64,000 nucleotides of DNA from Neocallimastix sp. 'constans' (taxonomy: Eukaryota). The notes under the pieces are model-generated. The model saw nothing but the letters and a program-made list of their open reading frames with translations, searched no databases and was not told where the DNA came from. The translations under genes were made by a program, and so were the position numbers. Shown one piece after another: positions 38,601 through 52,966 of the stretch; the first letter of the stretch is position 1, and every line of letters starts with the position of its first letter. The DNA lies in NCBI GenBank assembly GCA_050613775.1, contig JBODTK010000153.1:186001-250000 (forward strand). Direction: 5' to 3'.

Positions 38601-39438
38601 AGATTTCATAGTATCACTCCCTAATTCTCAAAACTGCACCTGCATTTTGGTTGTTTCAGATCATTTGACAAAAATGATACACCTTACACCTTGTTCTGAC
38701 GTTCCATCCGCTGATTTAACTGCCAGACTCCTCTTAAACAATGTTTTCCGATACCACGGATTCCCGAAGATTATAGTTTCTGACCATGGTTCCCAATTTT
38801 CCTCCGAATTTTAGACTTCACTTTGTAGTGCCCTTAGTATAAAACCAAGTCTAGCTACTGCATTCCACCAACAATCAAATGGCCAAGTAGAAAGGGCTAA
38901 CGCTGTAATATAGCAATATTTAAGATGCTATTGTTCTTCTGCCCAGACAGATTGGTGTTTTTATTTACCATTATGTGAACTCGCATATAACAATTCATTG
39001 CATAAATCAATAGGATGTTCTCCCTTTTATGCCAATTACGGATTCAACCCCAGTTGTAATAATGATTCTCCTCCAATTCTTCTTACTGACAATGTTTCTG
39101 TCAGCACAAGAGATTGGGCTTCTCATTTCAATGGCCTTAAGAAACATCTTATTAAGGCTAAGGAAGACTACAAGAAATTCGGAAATAATAGAAAATCTTT
39201 CGGTCCAAAATTAAAGGTAAACGATAAAGTATGGTTAAAAAGACATTACTTTTCTAATGAACCTTCACTCAAATTATCTTCTCAATATTTAGGACCCTTT
39301 AGAATAATTGAAGAAAGAGAAAGATTAAATTATCGGTTAGAGCTACCAGAAAATCTGCATCTGCATCCGATTTTCCATATTTCACAATTGGAACCATACT
39401 CTGAAAGGAATCCTGAATTAAAGGAAAACAATGTGTAA
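35666..39438 (+). pseudogene. gag-pol: Gypsy G: degenerate Tf1/sushi-like gag-pol with many stops and frameshifts
   Basis: MIDFGS, LRLCVDY*, VYLDDIIIY, LETDAS, IGVDFIVSLP, LGPFRI..LHPIFHISQLEPY; probable 5' LTR end TCTTACA at 35423; PPT AAGAAAAAAAGGG and 3' LTR start TGTAAGA at 39475. Confidence 0.9.
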
Positions 39439-42175
39439 GTATTTTCCCATTTCAAATTAAGAAAAAAAGGGCAATGTAAGAATATAGATTTATTTCTTAT
39501 AAAATAATCTATCTTCTTATTTAATTAATTTATATTTCATTTATATTTCAATATTTATTAACATGTAAAAAATATATTAATTTATCCAAATTAATATATT
39601 GAAAAATAATGTATACAAATTTGTTGTAATGTATTAATTACTTAAAAATATTATTTATATTTTATTATTTCAATTAGTTGATAATTTATAAGATTTTAGT
39701 AATCGGTTAATTAATTTTTTCCCCAATATTATTATGATTGGGTTTTTATTAATTAATACGATGATTAATATATTAGAATATTAATCGAAGTTATTCAGGT
39801 TTTTCTACTAATCTTTTCCTGAATATCAATTTGTTAAGATTAGATACCTTTATTTGATTTGTTAACTTTATCTTATCTATTTTATTTATTTAATAATTTC
39901 ATCTATTAAAATAATTATAAATAAAAAAGTATAAAAGAACTCAAATTTCTTTGATTAAAGAAATTAGAGTTATTATTATATAATGCTATATAATAAATTA
40001 AAAGAAATAAAGTCTTTTGTTTATATCTATATTTAGTGTTTATAATAAACTCTATATAAAGTTAAGTATAAATTTTTATATCTTAAAATATTAATAATCT
40101 AGTTATAGTTAGTATATTATAAATAGATTATTACACATAACTAGCAAATTAGTAATCATGGTTCAATGGTAAGTTACCACAACCATCGGGCTGAACCCTT
40201 AGGATTTGACACCCGCTCTTTCCAAATTTTAATAACTTTTTATTTATTATAACTAGAATATTAAAGAAATTGAACCGATAAAACTAGAAAAATCTATTTT
40301 ATTAATATTTTTTATCATTTTTTATCTAAGATTCATTTTCTAGAAAGAAAACTTGTTTTCTTTAATTTTCTTTAATTTTCTTTTATTTCTAATAATTACT
40401 AATAACAACTGATAACTTAAAATAATTAATTTTCCTGAAAAACTATAAATAGGTGTAAAATTTCATAATAAAATGTTTTTACTTGTGCTTTTATTAATTA
40501 ATTTTAAAGTAATTTAAAATATTACAATAATTAATTAATAAAATAATAATTTACATTTTTACTAATAAAAAAACTTATTTTAATAAAACATATTTTGAAT
40601 TATTTTAGTGTAGAGAACCTTTTGTGTAAAAAACCTTTAAACAATCTTAAGTAACATAAAGATTTGTTATAATTTATAAGTTTCTTTCTTTATATAAGTA
40701 CATATAATTTTATTATAATTTAATTATATCCTTAAATTTATATTTTATTAATAATATTAACCAAATATCTTAAATATTTATTCACCCGAATAATATTTTA
40801 TAATCTTTATTTCCTAAATATTACTTAAATTCCTATTTTAACTATTATATTCTTTAAAGATATTAGCTTATTAAGTTCCTCCTTTTTTTAATATTTTATC
40901 TTTTACTTATTTTTATACTGTAATTTATTTTAATTCTTATTGGTTATCTATTAATTAAAATTATTATATTTTAACCAATTAAACCTTATACCTATTATAA
41001 TAAAATAAATAAAGAATTATTTATTTTCTTATATTTTTAATAATTTATTCTATTTTAGTGAGTAACGTACCATAAATGATATGATATATTTTATTTATGT
41101 ATCTAAATTAATATTTATTTATGGGCAATGACAATAAGGAATTATGACAAAATAATATATTCTAATATTAAATAGAAATAACACATACAATAATACAAAA
41201 TAAAGTAATAAATATATCTTTTTAATATTCTCTCTTATTTATTATTAATTATTAATTATTACATTAATTATTATTACTCTCTTATATAAATATTATAATT
41301 AATTATCTCAAATATATATAATATCTCTTTTTAACTATACTAAAATAAAATATAAAAATAGCTATTTATGTGAATTAGTTTATCATAAGTATAAACTTTT
41401 AAATAAAATAATTCTCCGTTTAATAATTATTATTCTAAAATTATATATATTATTATAAAATTATTATTGACCAATAATATTTAAGTATTTCTTTAACCTA
41501 AAGAATCTACTGTGAAGATATCTTTATATCGGGGGAGGAGCATTTCGCAAAATTTCATTTCGGAAAAGTTTCATTTCGCATAATTTTTAATAAATAAATA
41601 AATTAATAATAAAATAAATAAATAATATATATAATTTAAATAAAAAACTAAATAAATAAAAATAAATATATAAAACTATAATAAATAAATAAATTTTAAA
41701 ATTAAATTTTTAAAAAAAAAATATACATATATGGACATATATATATTAAATATACATTATATAATAATAAATATTCATTAGAATTAACGCTTTAAAATAA
41801 AGTATTTTATCATATGTTTTAAACGTTTTATAATTTTTTAAAATATATATAAGAATTTTATATATATAAAAAAAATAAGTATTAATAATTTAAAAGATGT
41901 AAAGGATAATAATTTAAAATATAATTGTTAAATTTAAAATATATTTATTAAAAAAAATATTAAAAAATAATATTTAAATAATTAATTGATCATTTTACAC
42001 CTTTTAAGTCCTTGCGCAGTATTTTAAAAATCTTAAATTGCTAATAAATTTTTTTATTAAAAGAAATATTTATAAATAATTCAGTAAAAAAAAAAAAAAA
42101 AAAAAAAAAGATGAGGACATCATAAAAAAGGGAGTTAAAAGTAGCACAAAATTAGGATGATTTTAGGTGGTATCT

Positions 42176-42341
42176 ATTTTTTTATTTTATATTTTATATT
42201 TTATATTTTATATTTTATATTTTATATTTTATATTTTATATTTTATATTTTTTATATTATATTTTTATTTTATATTTTATATTTTTTTTTTTTTATTTTA
42301 TATTTTATATTTTATATTTTTATTTTTTATTTTTTATTTTA

Positions 42342-42372
<31 letters not shown>

Positions 42373-42945
42373 TATTTTTTATTTTTATTTTATATTTTAT
42401 ATTTTATATTTTATATTTTTTATTTTATATTTTTTATTTTTATTTTATATTTTATATTTTATATTTGTTATTTTATATTTTTTATTTTTATTTTATATTT
42501 TATATTTTTTTTTTATTTTATATTTTATATTTTATATTTTTATTTTATATTTTTTATATTTTTTTTATTTTTTTTTATTTTTTATTTTATATTTTTTATT
42601 TTTATTTTTTATTTTTTATTTTATATTTTTTATTTTTATTTTATATTTTATATTTTTTTTTTATTTTATATTTTATATTTTATATTTTTATTTTATATTT
42701 TTTATATTTTTTTTATTTTTTTTTATTTTTTATTTTATATTTTTTATTTTTATTTTTTATTTTTTATTTTATATTTTTTATTTTTATTTTATATTTTATA
42801 TTTTTTTTTATTTTATATTTTATATTTTATATTTTTATTTTATATTTTTTATATTTTTTTTATTTTTTTTTATTTTTTATTTTATATTTTTTATTTTTAT
42901 TTTTTATTTTTTATTTTATATTAATTATTTTTTATTTTATATTAA
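42176..42945 (+). repeat. T-rich low-complexity satellite built from TTTTATA and TTTTTA units with longer-period duplications
   Basis: Direct reading; ~770 bp almost without G or C. Confidence 0.9.
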
Positions 42946-43419
42946 TTAACTTATTACTTATCTATTTAACTTAAAGTAATTTGAAATATTATATCAGTTA
43001 ATTAATTAAATATTATTTTAAATTTTTAAATATTAATAAAACTTATTTTTATAAAGCATATTTCAAATAACTTTCCATTTTTAAATTGCACTGACCTGTA
43101 GTGTTTAATACCTTTCGTAACAAACATAATAAAATATAAGATTTTAATATAACTAAAGATATAATTTAATTTGCTAAACTTTATTTCTAACATTATCAAT
43201 ACTGTTATTAAGATTATTAGAATTAAAATTTTTTTAAATCTAAATTATTATTATTAATTTTATTTTGATTTAAAAATTTAATTCTTCTGAACTAAAATTA
43301 TTATTATTCAGATTGCTTTGATTTTTGTTTGTGTTTAAATTATGATTATTTTAATGGAATAAATTACTTTAAAGATGACAGTCATTATCGAGATTAGTCT
43401 CAGGAGTAGATATAAAGAT

Positions 43420-44050
43420 AAAGCTAATCTAAATGCTCATAATATCGGCCATATAGGGGTTTTCATTCAATGTCCATCAACTAATCAACATGCTAGAATT
43501 CATTGTAGAGATTACTTAATAACTTTATATAGTGAAAAAATTATTACATATGAGCTATTTCATAATGATACATCAGATATGAATTTTCGAATTAAAAAAC
43601 AACAATAAAAAAATTATATTGAAATTTATTGATTATAACTTCAGAACATATAGTATTACATTTAGAAAGAAGCTACAAATATACAATTTCTCAGGAGGAA
43701 AAGAAAAAGAGTGGAATTTAGAAATAAATAAATATATTAAAAGTTTTTGGTTACCTGTATTAGTTGGATTAAAATATGGTCAAATTTTAAAAATATTCTT
43801 AAATAATGTTTTCACTTTGAAATTATAAAGTTAAATTCAACAATCCATTGTTGTGATATTAGTTTGTCTCGAAATAAATTAGCAGTAATTGATAAATAAT
43901 ATATTTAGTATATTTACTCTTTTTATTATTTATAATCTAAATTTTATTATACTAAAAAACTAATGCAAGTAATTTATCATAGAATATAGAAAATAAGGAT
44001 ATGCTTTGCTATTCTGACAAAAATATATTATATGTTAAATTAAAAACTTT
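43420..44050 (+). pseudogene. IFT122: Degraded fragment of intraflagellar transport protein 122
   Basis: Colinear remembered IFT122 motifs across frames: EKIITYELF..DTSDMNFRIK, KKLQIYNFSGGKEKEWNLE, LVGLKYGQILKIFLNNVF, CCDISLSRNKLAVID, NASNLS*NIENKDMLCYS; stops and frameshifts. Confidence 0.75.
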
Positions 44051-44700
44051 CTCCGATGCATGTGATCTGAAGACATGAAGATCGATAACAAGATTTATAG
44101 TAACAATTGGAAATTTACCAACGAGTTGGTGCTCCAAGCTCCAACAATGCATTTCAACTTCTACGGCTGAGTCCGAGTACTACAGCCTTAGCGGATGCGG
44201 TAAACATTGAATATGATATTTAAATCTACATAACGAGCAAAATTTCAAAATAAACAACATCGGAATTAATATTGATAATAAGGCTACCATCCATAATGTT
44301 GAGAACCAAACTATCAATCCAAAAACAAAACATGTAGACATCAGGGTACACTATATTAGAGAATTAATAAGAAGTAAGAATATAAAACTAAAGTACAACA
44401 TAATCCTGCGGACGGATTTACTAAGTACCTTAACAATACAACTATGGATAAGTTCAGAAATTTTATATTAATGAAAGCTAGTGAAACCTTCTGATAATAC
44501 TATAAAGTTAATATTATAGTCAATAATAACTTTAGAATAATTAAGTCAAAAGTTATAATTGAGGGGAAATGTTAGAAACAAAATATTACTCAATCAAAAT
44601 TATTAATCTTATATTTCATCCAATTATAAATCTAGAATATAATATAATTTAAATTTAATGTATAAATTTAAAAAGAACTTAGATGCAGAAAAAAAATTTT
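44051..44700 (+). mobile_element. Copia relic: RNase H, PPT and start of 3' LTR
   Basis: SWCSKLQQCISTSTAESEYYSL, NPKTKHVDIRVHYIRE, NPADGFTK; GAGGGGAAA at 44561 then TGTTAG at 44570; LTR end not located. Confidence 0.8.
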
Positions 44701-45190
44701 TAATTGATAAAACAAAACAAATAAATTATTATAATTATAAAACATTTTTCACAAAACATTAATTCGTGTATGTTATCCCTTTTAGTGTATTTTTTAATTT
44801 CAAAAGATAATTCAATTTATTTTTAAAAGACATTTATTACTGATTAAGACAAAAGTATAAATTTAAAAAAAAAATAAATAAAAACAAAAATATTTTGATT
44901 AAAATAATTACAGTAGTTATTTATGCAATATTTTTATTTTATAATATTACATTTTTTTTTGATGATTTACTTTATTTAATTGTGATTTCTTTTAATAAAT
45001 ATTTTATTTTATGCTAAAATGTTACTTATTGGTAATTCATTTTTAATAATGTTTTAATTTAATACATATATACTAAGTTATTAATTAAAAAATTATAAAA
45101 AGAATTGTTTAAAGCTAGTAGATTTCATTTTTAATATTCTATAGATTTTTTATTTATATTTAATAAATAATAAATATTATAAATAAAATT

Positions 45191-48100
45191 TTATTTTTTG
45201 TCTTCCATTTTTTGACTTCTTAAGCTATTTATTTTTTCTACATCAATATTTAAGTCAGGATTTATTATAGATAGTGATTGGTTTTCTACTTTTGTACATT
45301 CATTAATTGAGTTTATTATACTCATAGATACATCAGGTTTACTAATCAATTCTTCAATATTTAAATTTTCATTCTTTTTTATTTCATTAAGTCTGTCTTG
45401 TTCTTCTTTTTCATGCTTTAATAATTTTTTAGCATTTTTTTCCCAATTTTCAGATATATTTCTGTATTATAAATATATTTTCAAAATTATTATAATAATT
45501 AATATTTTTAGAAAAATAATTTTATAATATTTAACAAAACATTAATAATATATTATATTATTGAGATTTTCATTATAAAAATATAAAGATTTATAATACT
45601 TAATAACATCGATTAATTTTGTGATTTTGTCATTAGTTTCTCCTGCTTCAATATAATTTTCACAATCTTTTAATGTTGTATTAAAAAGATATATTTCTTG
45701 CAAAAGTTGTGATAATTCTTTTTCATTTTCATCTAATGCTGTGGTTGAATCTCTTGAAATTTGGGCTAGTACATTGGCCATCCATGATAACATATTTTGA
45801 TTAATTTTTTCATTTTCTTCTTTTTGAAATTCATAGTCAGAATTTAATAATTCTCGGATATTTGAAATCCATGTTGATATATTTTTTGGAACTTTAATCA
45901 TATCTGATTTTGATGATACTCTTAGGTTTGCTATTGTTTTTAAAAATATTATTAATTAAAAAAACCTAAAAATAATATTAAAATATACTATTAATTTCTA
46001 CATACAAAGTAAAGTATCTATTTGTGTTTTCCACTGATTAAAATATCCATTTAACATATATTTATCTTTATTTGAAAGTTTTGATGTTGGTCCTTTTGAT
46101 TTCATAGAGTTATACCTATATATATATATATATAATTATATGAAATTAATGATCCAAGCGCTTTGATTATATAAATTTTTTTTAAATTTATTTTTTTTAT
46201 TATTAAAAAATTTTATAAAATAAATTACCTGTCTTCAACTTGATTTTGTAAACTTATTACTTGACTTGCAACACCATCCTCACCTGTTACTCTTACTTCT
46301 AATTTTAAATACCATTCCTTTATTAATTTAATAATAATATTTAGTTTATCAGTAACAGCAATAAATCTTTTTCCATTTGGTGATTTTTTTAATTTTCTCA
46401 AATAGTTATATGCATATTCACACCATTCTTGACTAATCGATTTTGATAGTTTAATTTTTTCTAAAACAATAATATCTCTATCACTTGTAAATCGTATAGA
46501 AACTTTAGAGGTCATATTAATCCAATCGTTTAAACTTTTAATTAATACAGAAATATCAAATATATTTACATTTTTTGTGAATTCTGTTTCATTATCTGTA
46601 TCACTATAAAAATCAAGATTGTTTTGTAATAAGACTATTTCATGAGATAACTTAGTAAGAACTTCAATATTATTTTCATCTTCTTCTATAATAGAATGTG
46701 AAAGATTTATTAATTCATGACTCCATTCATCAATTTTTTTATCTAATTCATTTAATGATTTATTCTTTTCTTCATTAATAAATGATATAATTTGAATTGA
46801 TGAATATAAACGTGTATTACAATAACTTTGCAATTGTAAAATCTCTGTAAAGCCATGCTCTCTACCAATACGTAATGCCAATGTGATCGCTAGATTTGTC
46901 CATGTTCTTTTTTCATTTTCAGTTAATTTATTATTTTCTTCTAATCTATTTCTTTGCATACGATATAATTTTTGATACTCTTCTAAAATCAAATCATTAC
47001 CATCCGATTCTGTAAGAATATTTAATAATTTATTCTGAGTTCTTTCTGCTTGTTCAGTAAATTCTTGATCATGAATTTTTATTTCATCAATTTCTTTAAT
47101 TAATTTTAAAATAACTTCTTTTGATCTCATTAATTCAGTCGCTAACCTTTCACTTATTTTATTTTGGGCAATTAATTCTGTGTGAATATTTAATATATGT
47201 TCCGGAATTTTTGAAAACATATTTGAATATCTTTTTCTTAAATAGGAAAGTAATTCCCCTCTTTCATTCATTTGAATTGAGACTTGTCGTATTAATTCTT
47301 TAAGCACTATATCATATAATTGTTGTTCTTCTTTAACTACTTTTAAAAATGAATTCATGTCAGTTGGATAATTAATATCATTTCCTTTATTATCAATTAA
47401 TCCTTTTTTCTCAAGTGATTTTATCATTTCATTTTTTAATAATACTACTTCTCTTCTTGATATAGGGGTTAATACATGATGCAAATTGTTGTTCTTTAAT
47501 TAGAAATTGTATTAGAACGAATAATTAAATATTTAGATTAAATTTTTAAAAATTAATAAGTGCTTTTAAAGTTATTTTTTTATCATTGTTATTATAATTT
47601 CATTTATTATTATTTTTATTACTATTAATTATTAACCATTAATTATTATTATTTATTAATTATTACTAGTTATTAATTATTATCATTATTATTAATTAAT
47701 TAAGTATTATATATTATTATATATTATTATTATTATTATTATTAATTAAATATTATTATAATTATTAATTATTATCTATATTAAATAATATATATTATTA
47801 TGTTATTAATATTATTAAAAGTACTATTATTATTATTATTTAAATGAAAGTATACTTCGTTGTCATCATTTTCATTGTTAATAAGGTTCAATTCTTTTGG
47901 ATTTAAGCCTTTTGGAATTACAATCTTTGTTAAAAGATCAACTTCATTTTTTGAGTATTTCTGATTATCTGACTTATTTAATAATTTATTTGGTCCATCA
48001 ATTAACGTATTTTTAACATTGATGTTAGAAGTTTCACTAATTTTTGGAATAATTTCATTAACTATGGTTTTAATATGATTTTCTTGTTTTATTTCATTAT

Positions 48101-48728
48101 TTTCTTTTTCCATTAACACATTACTATTATTGTCTTCTAAATTATTTGAAATATCATAGAGAAATGCTAATTCCTTCTTTAATTTAATTTTTTCTGAATT
48201 AGTTTTTTTTTCTTTTGTTAATAAGTATTGAAAAGTAGGCTCTTCAATAGGAGATATTGTATTGTTTCTTTTAATATTTATAATTTCTTCTTTATTTGAT
48301 GAATTTGGATTTTTTATTGATTCATTAAAATAATTCTGATTGTTTTTCAAATTTTCATTTAAATGATCAATATTTTTATTATTTGATTTTATTAAATTGT
48401 TTTTAGTACTTATTTTATTATTTTGTATTGATGATGTACTTATATTATTATTATTTACATTTACAATTTCACTATTTAATGATATTCTATCTATTATATT
48501 TGATTTATCATTTTTCAAGACTATTTTTTCATTTAATAATGGAAGTTGACTTCCTTTTGTCTCAATTTTATTCAGTTCAATGTTTGAATTTCTTTTCTTT
48601 CTATTATGATTTCGGATTCTCTTTTTTTTTGTGTTGTTAATAGTGGGATATGCTATTACTTCACCCTCTTTTTCAATATTTGCTAATTTTTTAATATCAT
48701 TTAGTAATCCCGTAGGTATAAATGACAT
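45191..48728 (-). CDS. AXDND1: Axonemal dynein light chain domain-containing protein (AXDND1-like), 5 exons
   Basis: TPISRREVVLL..EQQLYDIVLKELIRQVSIQMNERGELLSYLRKRY motif; phase-consistent GT-AG exons 48728-47856, 47493-46229, 46115-46006, 45930-45600, 45461-45191. Confidence 0.8.
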
Positions 48729-49100
48729 ATTTATATATTTAAATTTGGTTTTAATTAAATAAATAATGAATTGAATTAAATTTTTGAAAATTTGTAAAAT
48801 AAATAGTTAATTAAAAAAAAATTTAAGTTTAAATTTTTTTATTTATTTTGTATTTAAGATTTTTAAACAAAAAAATTTTAAAAAAAATTTTTCGATCAAA
48901 GTAAATGAATAGATATTTATTAAATTATTGAACAATATAATTAATAATATGAATGTTTTTTATTTTTAATTACGTAATGTATTCATTAAATTAATTACAT
49001 TTTTTAATAAATAAGATAGAAATAATTTACAAATTATATTTATTAACATATTTTAAATTTATTTATAATGATAAAAAATTAAGATTTGAAATTGGTTATG

Positions 49101-51918
49101 TTAATTAAAATTTATTTCTGATTTATTTCTGTACGTTATGGGAGCAAGCTGTTTTAGAACTGATTTTGCATAATTACTATTTAATAATCCTTCTTTTTGA
49201 AGTTCCTCAGTAATCCTTACTCTATAGAATTTAATAAAACAAAATGTGGTTAGTACTTTATTAAATTATATATATAATTATATGTTCAAGATTATTTTTA
49301 CCTTTTATCTTTCATAAATTGCTTATCTGAATATCCAATTATGTCAAATATATTATCCTTTTCATATATATTATTATACATTAATTTAGGAATTAATATT
49401 AATTTAAATAATTCATAGTTCATAAATGATAGTAATTATAGAAATAAAAACTGATATTTCTTACTTTATCATATGTAGATTTTGGTTTCATCGACGATAA
49501 TGTTGGTTTTTTCACTCTTTCTGGGTCACTAAATAAATAAATAAATAAATTTATTAATATACTTATATTAATTAATCAAATTTTATTTAAAGTATATAAA
49601 ATAATTTTAAAATCTATTATTTACCATTCTGCTGTAATACCAACGGATAATCTTATCTTTTCTAAATATAATTCATGTAATTTTTTTTGTTTTAATTCTT
49701 CTTCCTTTTTCATACGTTTTTCTAATAAATGATTTTGATATTCTTGTTTTCTGAAATCAATTCTTTCTTGATTATACTAGTATTAAATATGTTATTATTT
49801 TGTTTTTATTTAATAACTTCATGTAATAAAGATAAAATAAATGGTTATATAAATATTAATTACTTTTGATATTTCTATTTGTTTTATTTCTTCAAGTCTT
49901 TTAAATTCTTCTTCTTCTTTCTTTTTTTGTTTTTCTTTATTTTCTTTTATCTCATAATATTTATTTAACTTTTCTTTATTTTTCATTTCTCTTAATTCTT
50001 TTTTTTTTTTTATAATTTTCTATAATATTGTGTATAATAGTTATATTTAGCATTTATTATTTTTAAAATATATGTTAAATATCATGTAAAAGATATAATA
50101 TTATTAATAATATTATCTTTTTTGTTAATTTTTTATTAAAACAATTCTGTTATTATTATAAAAACCTTTATTTTTATATTTTCCAATTTTTTTAAATTTT
50201 CGATTTTTTCTTCTTCTTTTAATTTTAAAATTTTTTTCTCCCTCCATTTTTTTAATTTTTCATGGAGTTTTTCTATTAATTTTAATTGTTTCTCTTTATC
50301 TTTTTCTGTAATATTTTTTCTCTTAATATCTTCATTTAAATTCTAGAATTATAATTTAAATTAATATTAGTTTTTTCAAAATTGATATTAAATATTTTAA
50401 TTATTTAAATTTGTTTTCTACCTTAATAGAATTAATTATTTCATTTATCATTTCATTTTTTTGATTAACAAACGTTTTTATACTATATTTATAATTATTT
50501 TTTTCTCTTAAATAATTTTGATATAAATCTATTAAATTCTTTTTAAATATAAATTAATCTAATGATTTTTTTATATATATTAAAATAAAAATAAAAATTT
50601 CATACTTTGGCTTCATTTATATGAATATTTAATTCATTTGATATTCGTTCTTGTAATAATATAAATCTATTATTTGAAGCTTTCATATATTCTTCATAAA
50701 GTTTTTCAATTAATAAAAAATTACTAAATACTATTTTATTTGGCTTGCTTATAAATATTTCATTCCTATTTGTTTCAATAAATCTTTAAAATAAAATTAT
50801 TAATATTATACCTATATATATATACTATATACTTTTTAAAGATAAATATTTTATATAATTATATTTATATTACTTTATGTAATTTTCAAAGCAAATTTTC
50901 CTAAATTCTTCATTAAGGCATGTTAATTCTAAAAATAAACATGGCTTTTTTGTCTCAGAATCAATTATCCATGGATTAATAACTCCAAATTGTAATTCAT
51001 CTTCATATTTACTGTAAGCATTTGAAATCTCTTTATATAATTTTTTTTCTTCTTCTTTTAACTATTTTATTAATAAGATTATATAGAAAATTCAAATTTA
51101 TTAAATTTTTATTTCATAATATTATTTTAAATTTATCAAACTCAAAGTTATATTTTTACCATTTTAAATTTTTCATTAAGTTTTTCATTTAAATTTGTCA
51201 TATTTGTTTTAATTGATTTTTTATTATTTTTCAAATCATTTAAGTTTTGAGATGTTAATGACTTTGAAAAGGATAATACGTCGGAAATTGTATCTTTATA
51301 ATATATTTATTTATATATAAGATAAATTATTTTGTTATTTAAGATAATAAATTATTTATTATTTTTATGATACCATTTTTGTACTTGATATATTCGTTTT
51401 TATTCTTATTAATTTCATTAATATAATTTTCAATAATATTAATTGTTTCTCTATTGGTAGAACATAATATTTGTTTACTTAAAATATTGAGTACATCACT
51501 TTCAAGCTTTTTACTATTTTAAATAAATATTTGTTAATAAATTAGAATTACAAATTTACTTATTTATTAATATAAATTAATACCATATATTTAAATTATA
51601 ATTTAAATAATTTATCCATATTTTTTTATGAGCATTGAGTTCTTCATTATTTCTATTAACATTCGTTAATTTTTCATATTTATTAATCTATTACCAATAT
51701 AAAATATTAATTCGTATTTAAAAAGAATATTTAAAAGAAAGATATAGTTTTTTATTAATATGAACCTTTTGAAGAATTAATTTATTATTTTCTTTTTGAT
51801 TATTTAAAAATGTTTTATAGCAATCATAGTAATTATCGTTATTATAAGATGAATCTTTTATATCTTTAAATAATTTTGAAAATGGTTTATTATATATTAT
51901 ATTTTTATTTTTATTCAT
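49101..51918 (-). CDS. CCDC148: Multi-exon coiled-coil protein, CCDC148-like
   Basis: Many short GT-AG exons; C-terminal pieces NQERIDFRKQ, LEKIRLSVGITAE-DPERVKKPT, GYSDKQFMKDKR-VRITEELQKEGLLNSNYAKSVL resemble CCDC148; internal exon boundaries not all resolved. Confidence 0.7.
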
Positions 51919-52111
51919 TTTTTAGTAACGAAATTCATCACTTTTTTTACTTCATCAATAAATCTTTAAATATGTTTAATAAAAAAAAAATATTATATCA
52001 AATCATTTTTCGGAGTTAATAATTTTAATATTATTTATTAATTATATATATTTTATAAACAAATAATTGATATTTGTGTTACAAAATAGAAAATATATTT
52101 TTTAGTTTAAA

Positions 52112-52572
<461 letters not shown>

Positions 52573-52891
52573 GTTGACTGCACTCATAATTTAACTATAT
52601 ATTTAATTTATTTATTTATAGTATTTATTTATATTTATGTGTATTTATTTATTTATATTTAATGATTACTTAAATGTATTATGATCTATCGTCTTGTATA
52701 AATCTATGTTAATTATCTTTTAATATTTATTTAATTAATTTTTAATTTATTTTATGTTATGGAAAACGCATGTTGTAACATGTGACTTTATTACTTATTT
52801 AAAGCTGAAAGATAGATCATACACTTATTTCCCTTGTATACCATATTCCATAAGGAATATTATTATAGATCTAAATTTAATAAAGCTAACA

Positions 52892-52906
52892 GATTAAGAG
52901 TCTCAG
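52892..52906 (+). promoter_or_regulatory. Primer binding site GATTAAGAGTCTCAG (half-tRNA-Lys type)
   Basis: Directly after the LTR terminal CA; identical to the Copia B PBS. Confidence 0.8.
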
Positions 52907-52966
52907 TTGACTCATATCATTTATTATTAAAAGTACTTAATTAATTCGCTTCACCGCTCCGAAATC

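Noticed and set aside
35666..39438. RIP-like hypermutation as the source of premature stops
   Set aside because: Several stops fit C>T or G>A changes but others are transversions, and young repeats are nearly identical; needs consensus alignments to test
42157..42974. Long F/Y/I/L-rich ORFs resembling membrane proteins
   Set aside because: Translations of a T-rich satellite, open in all three frames
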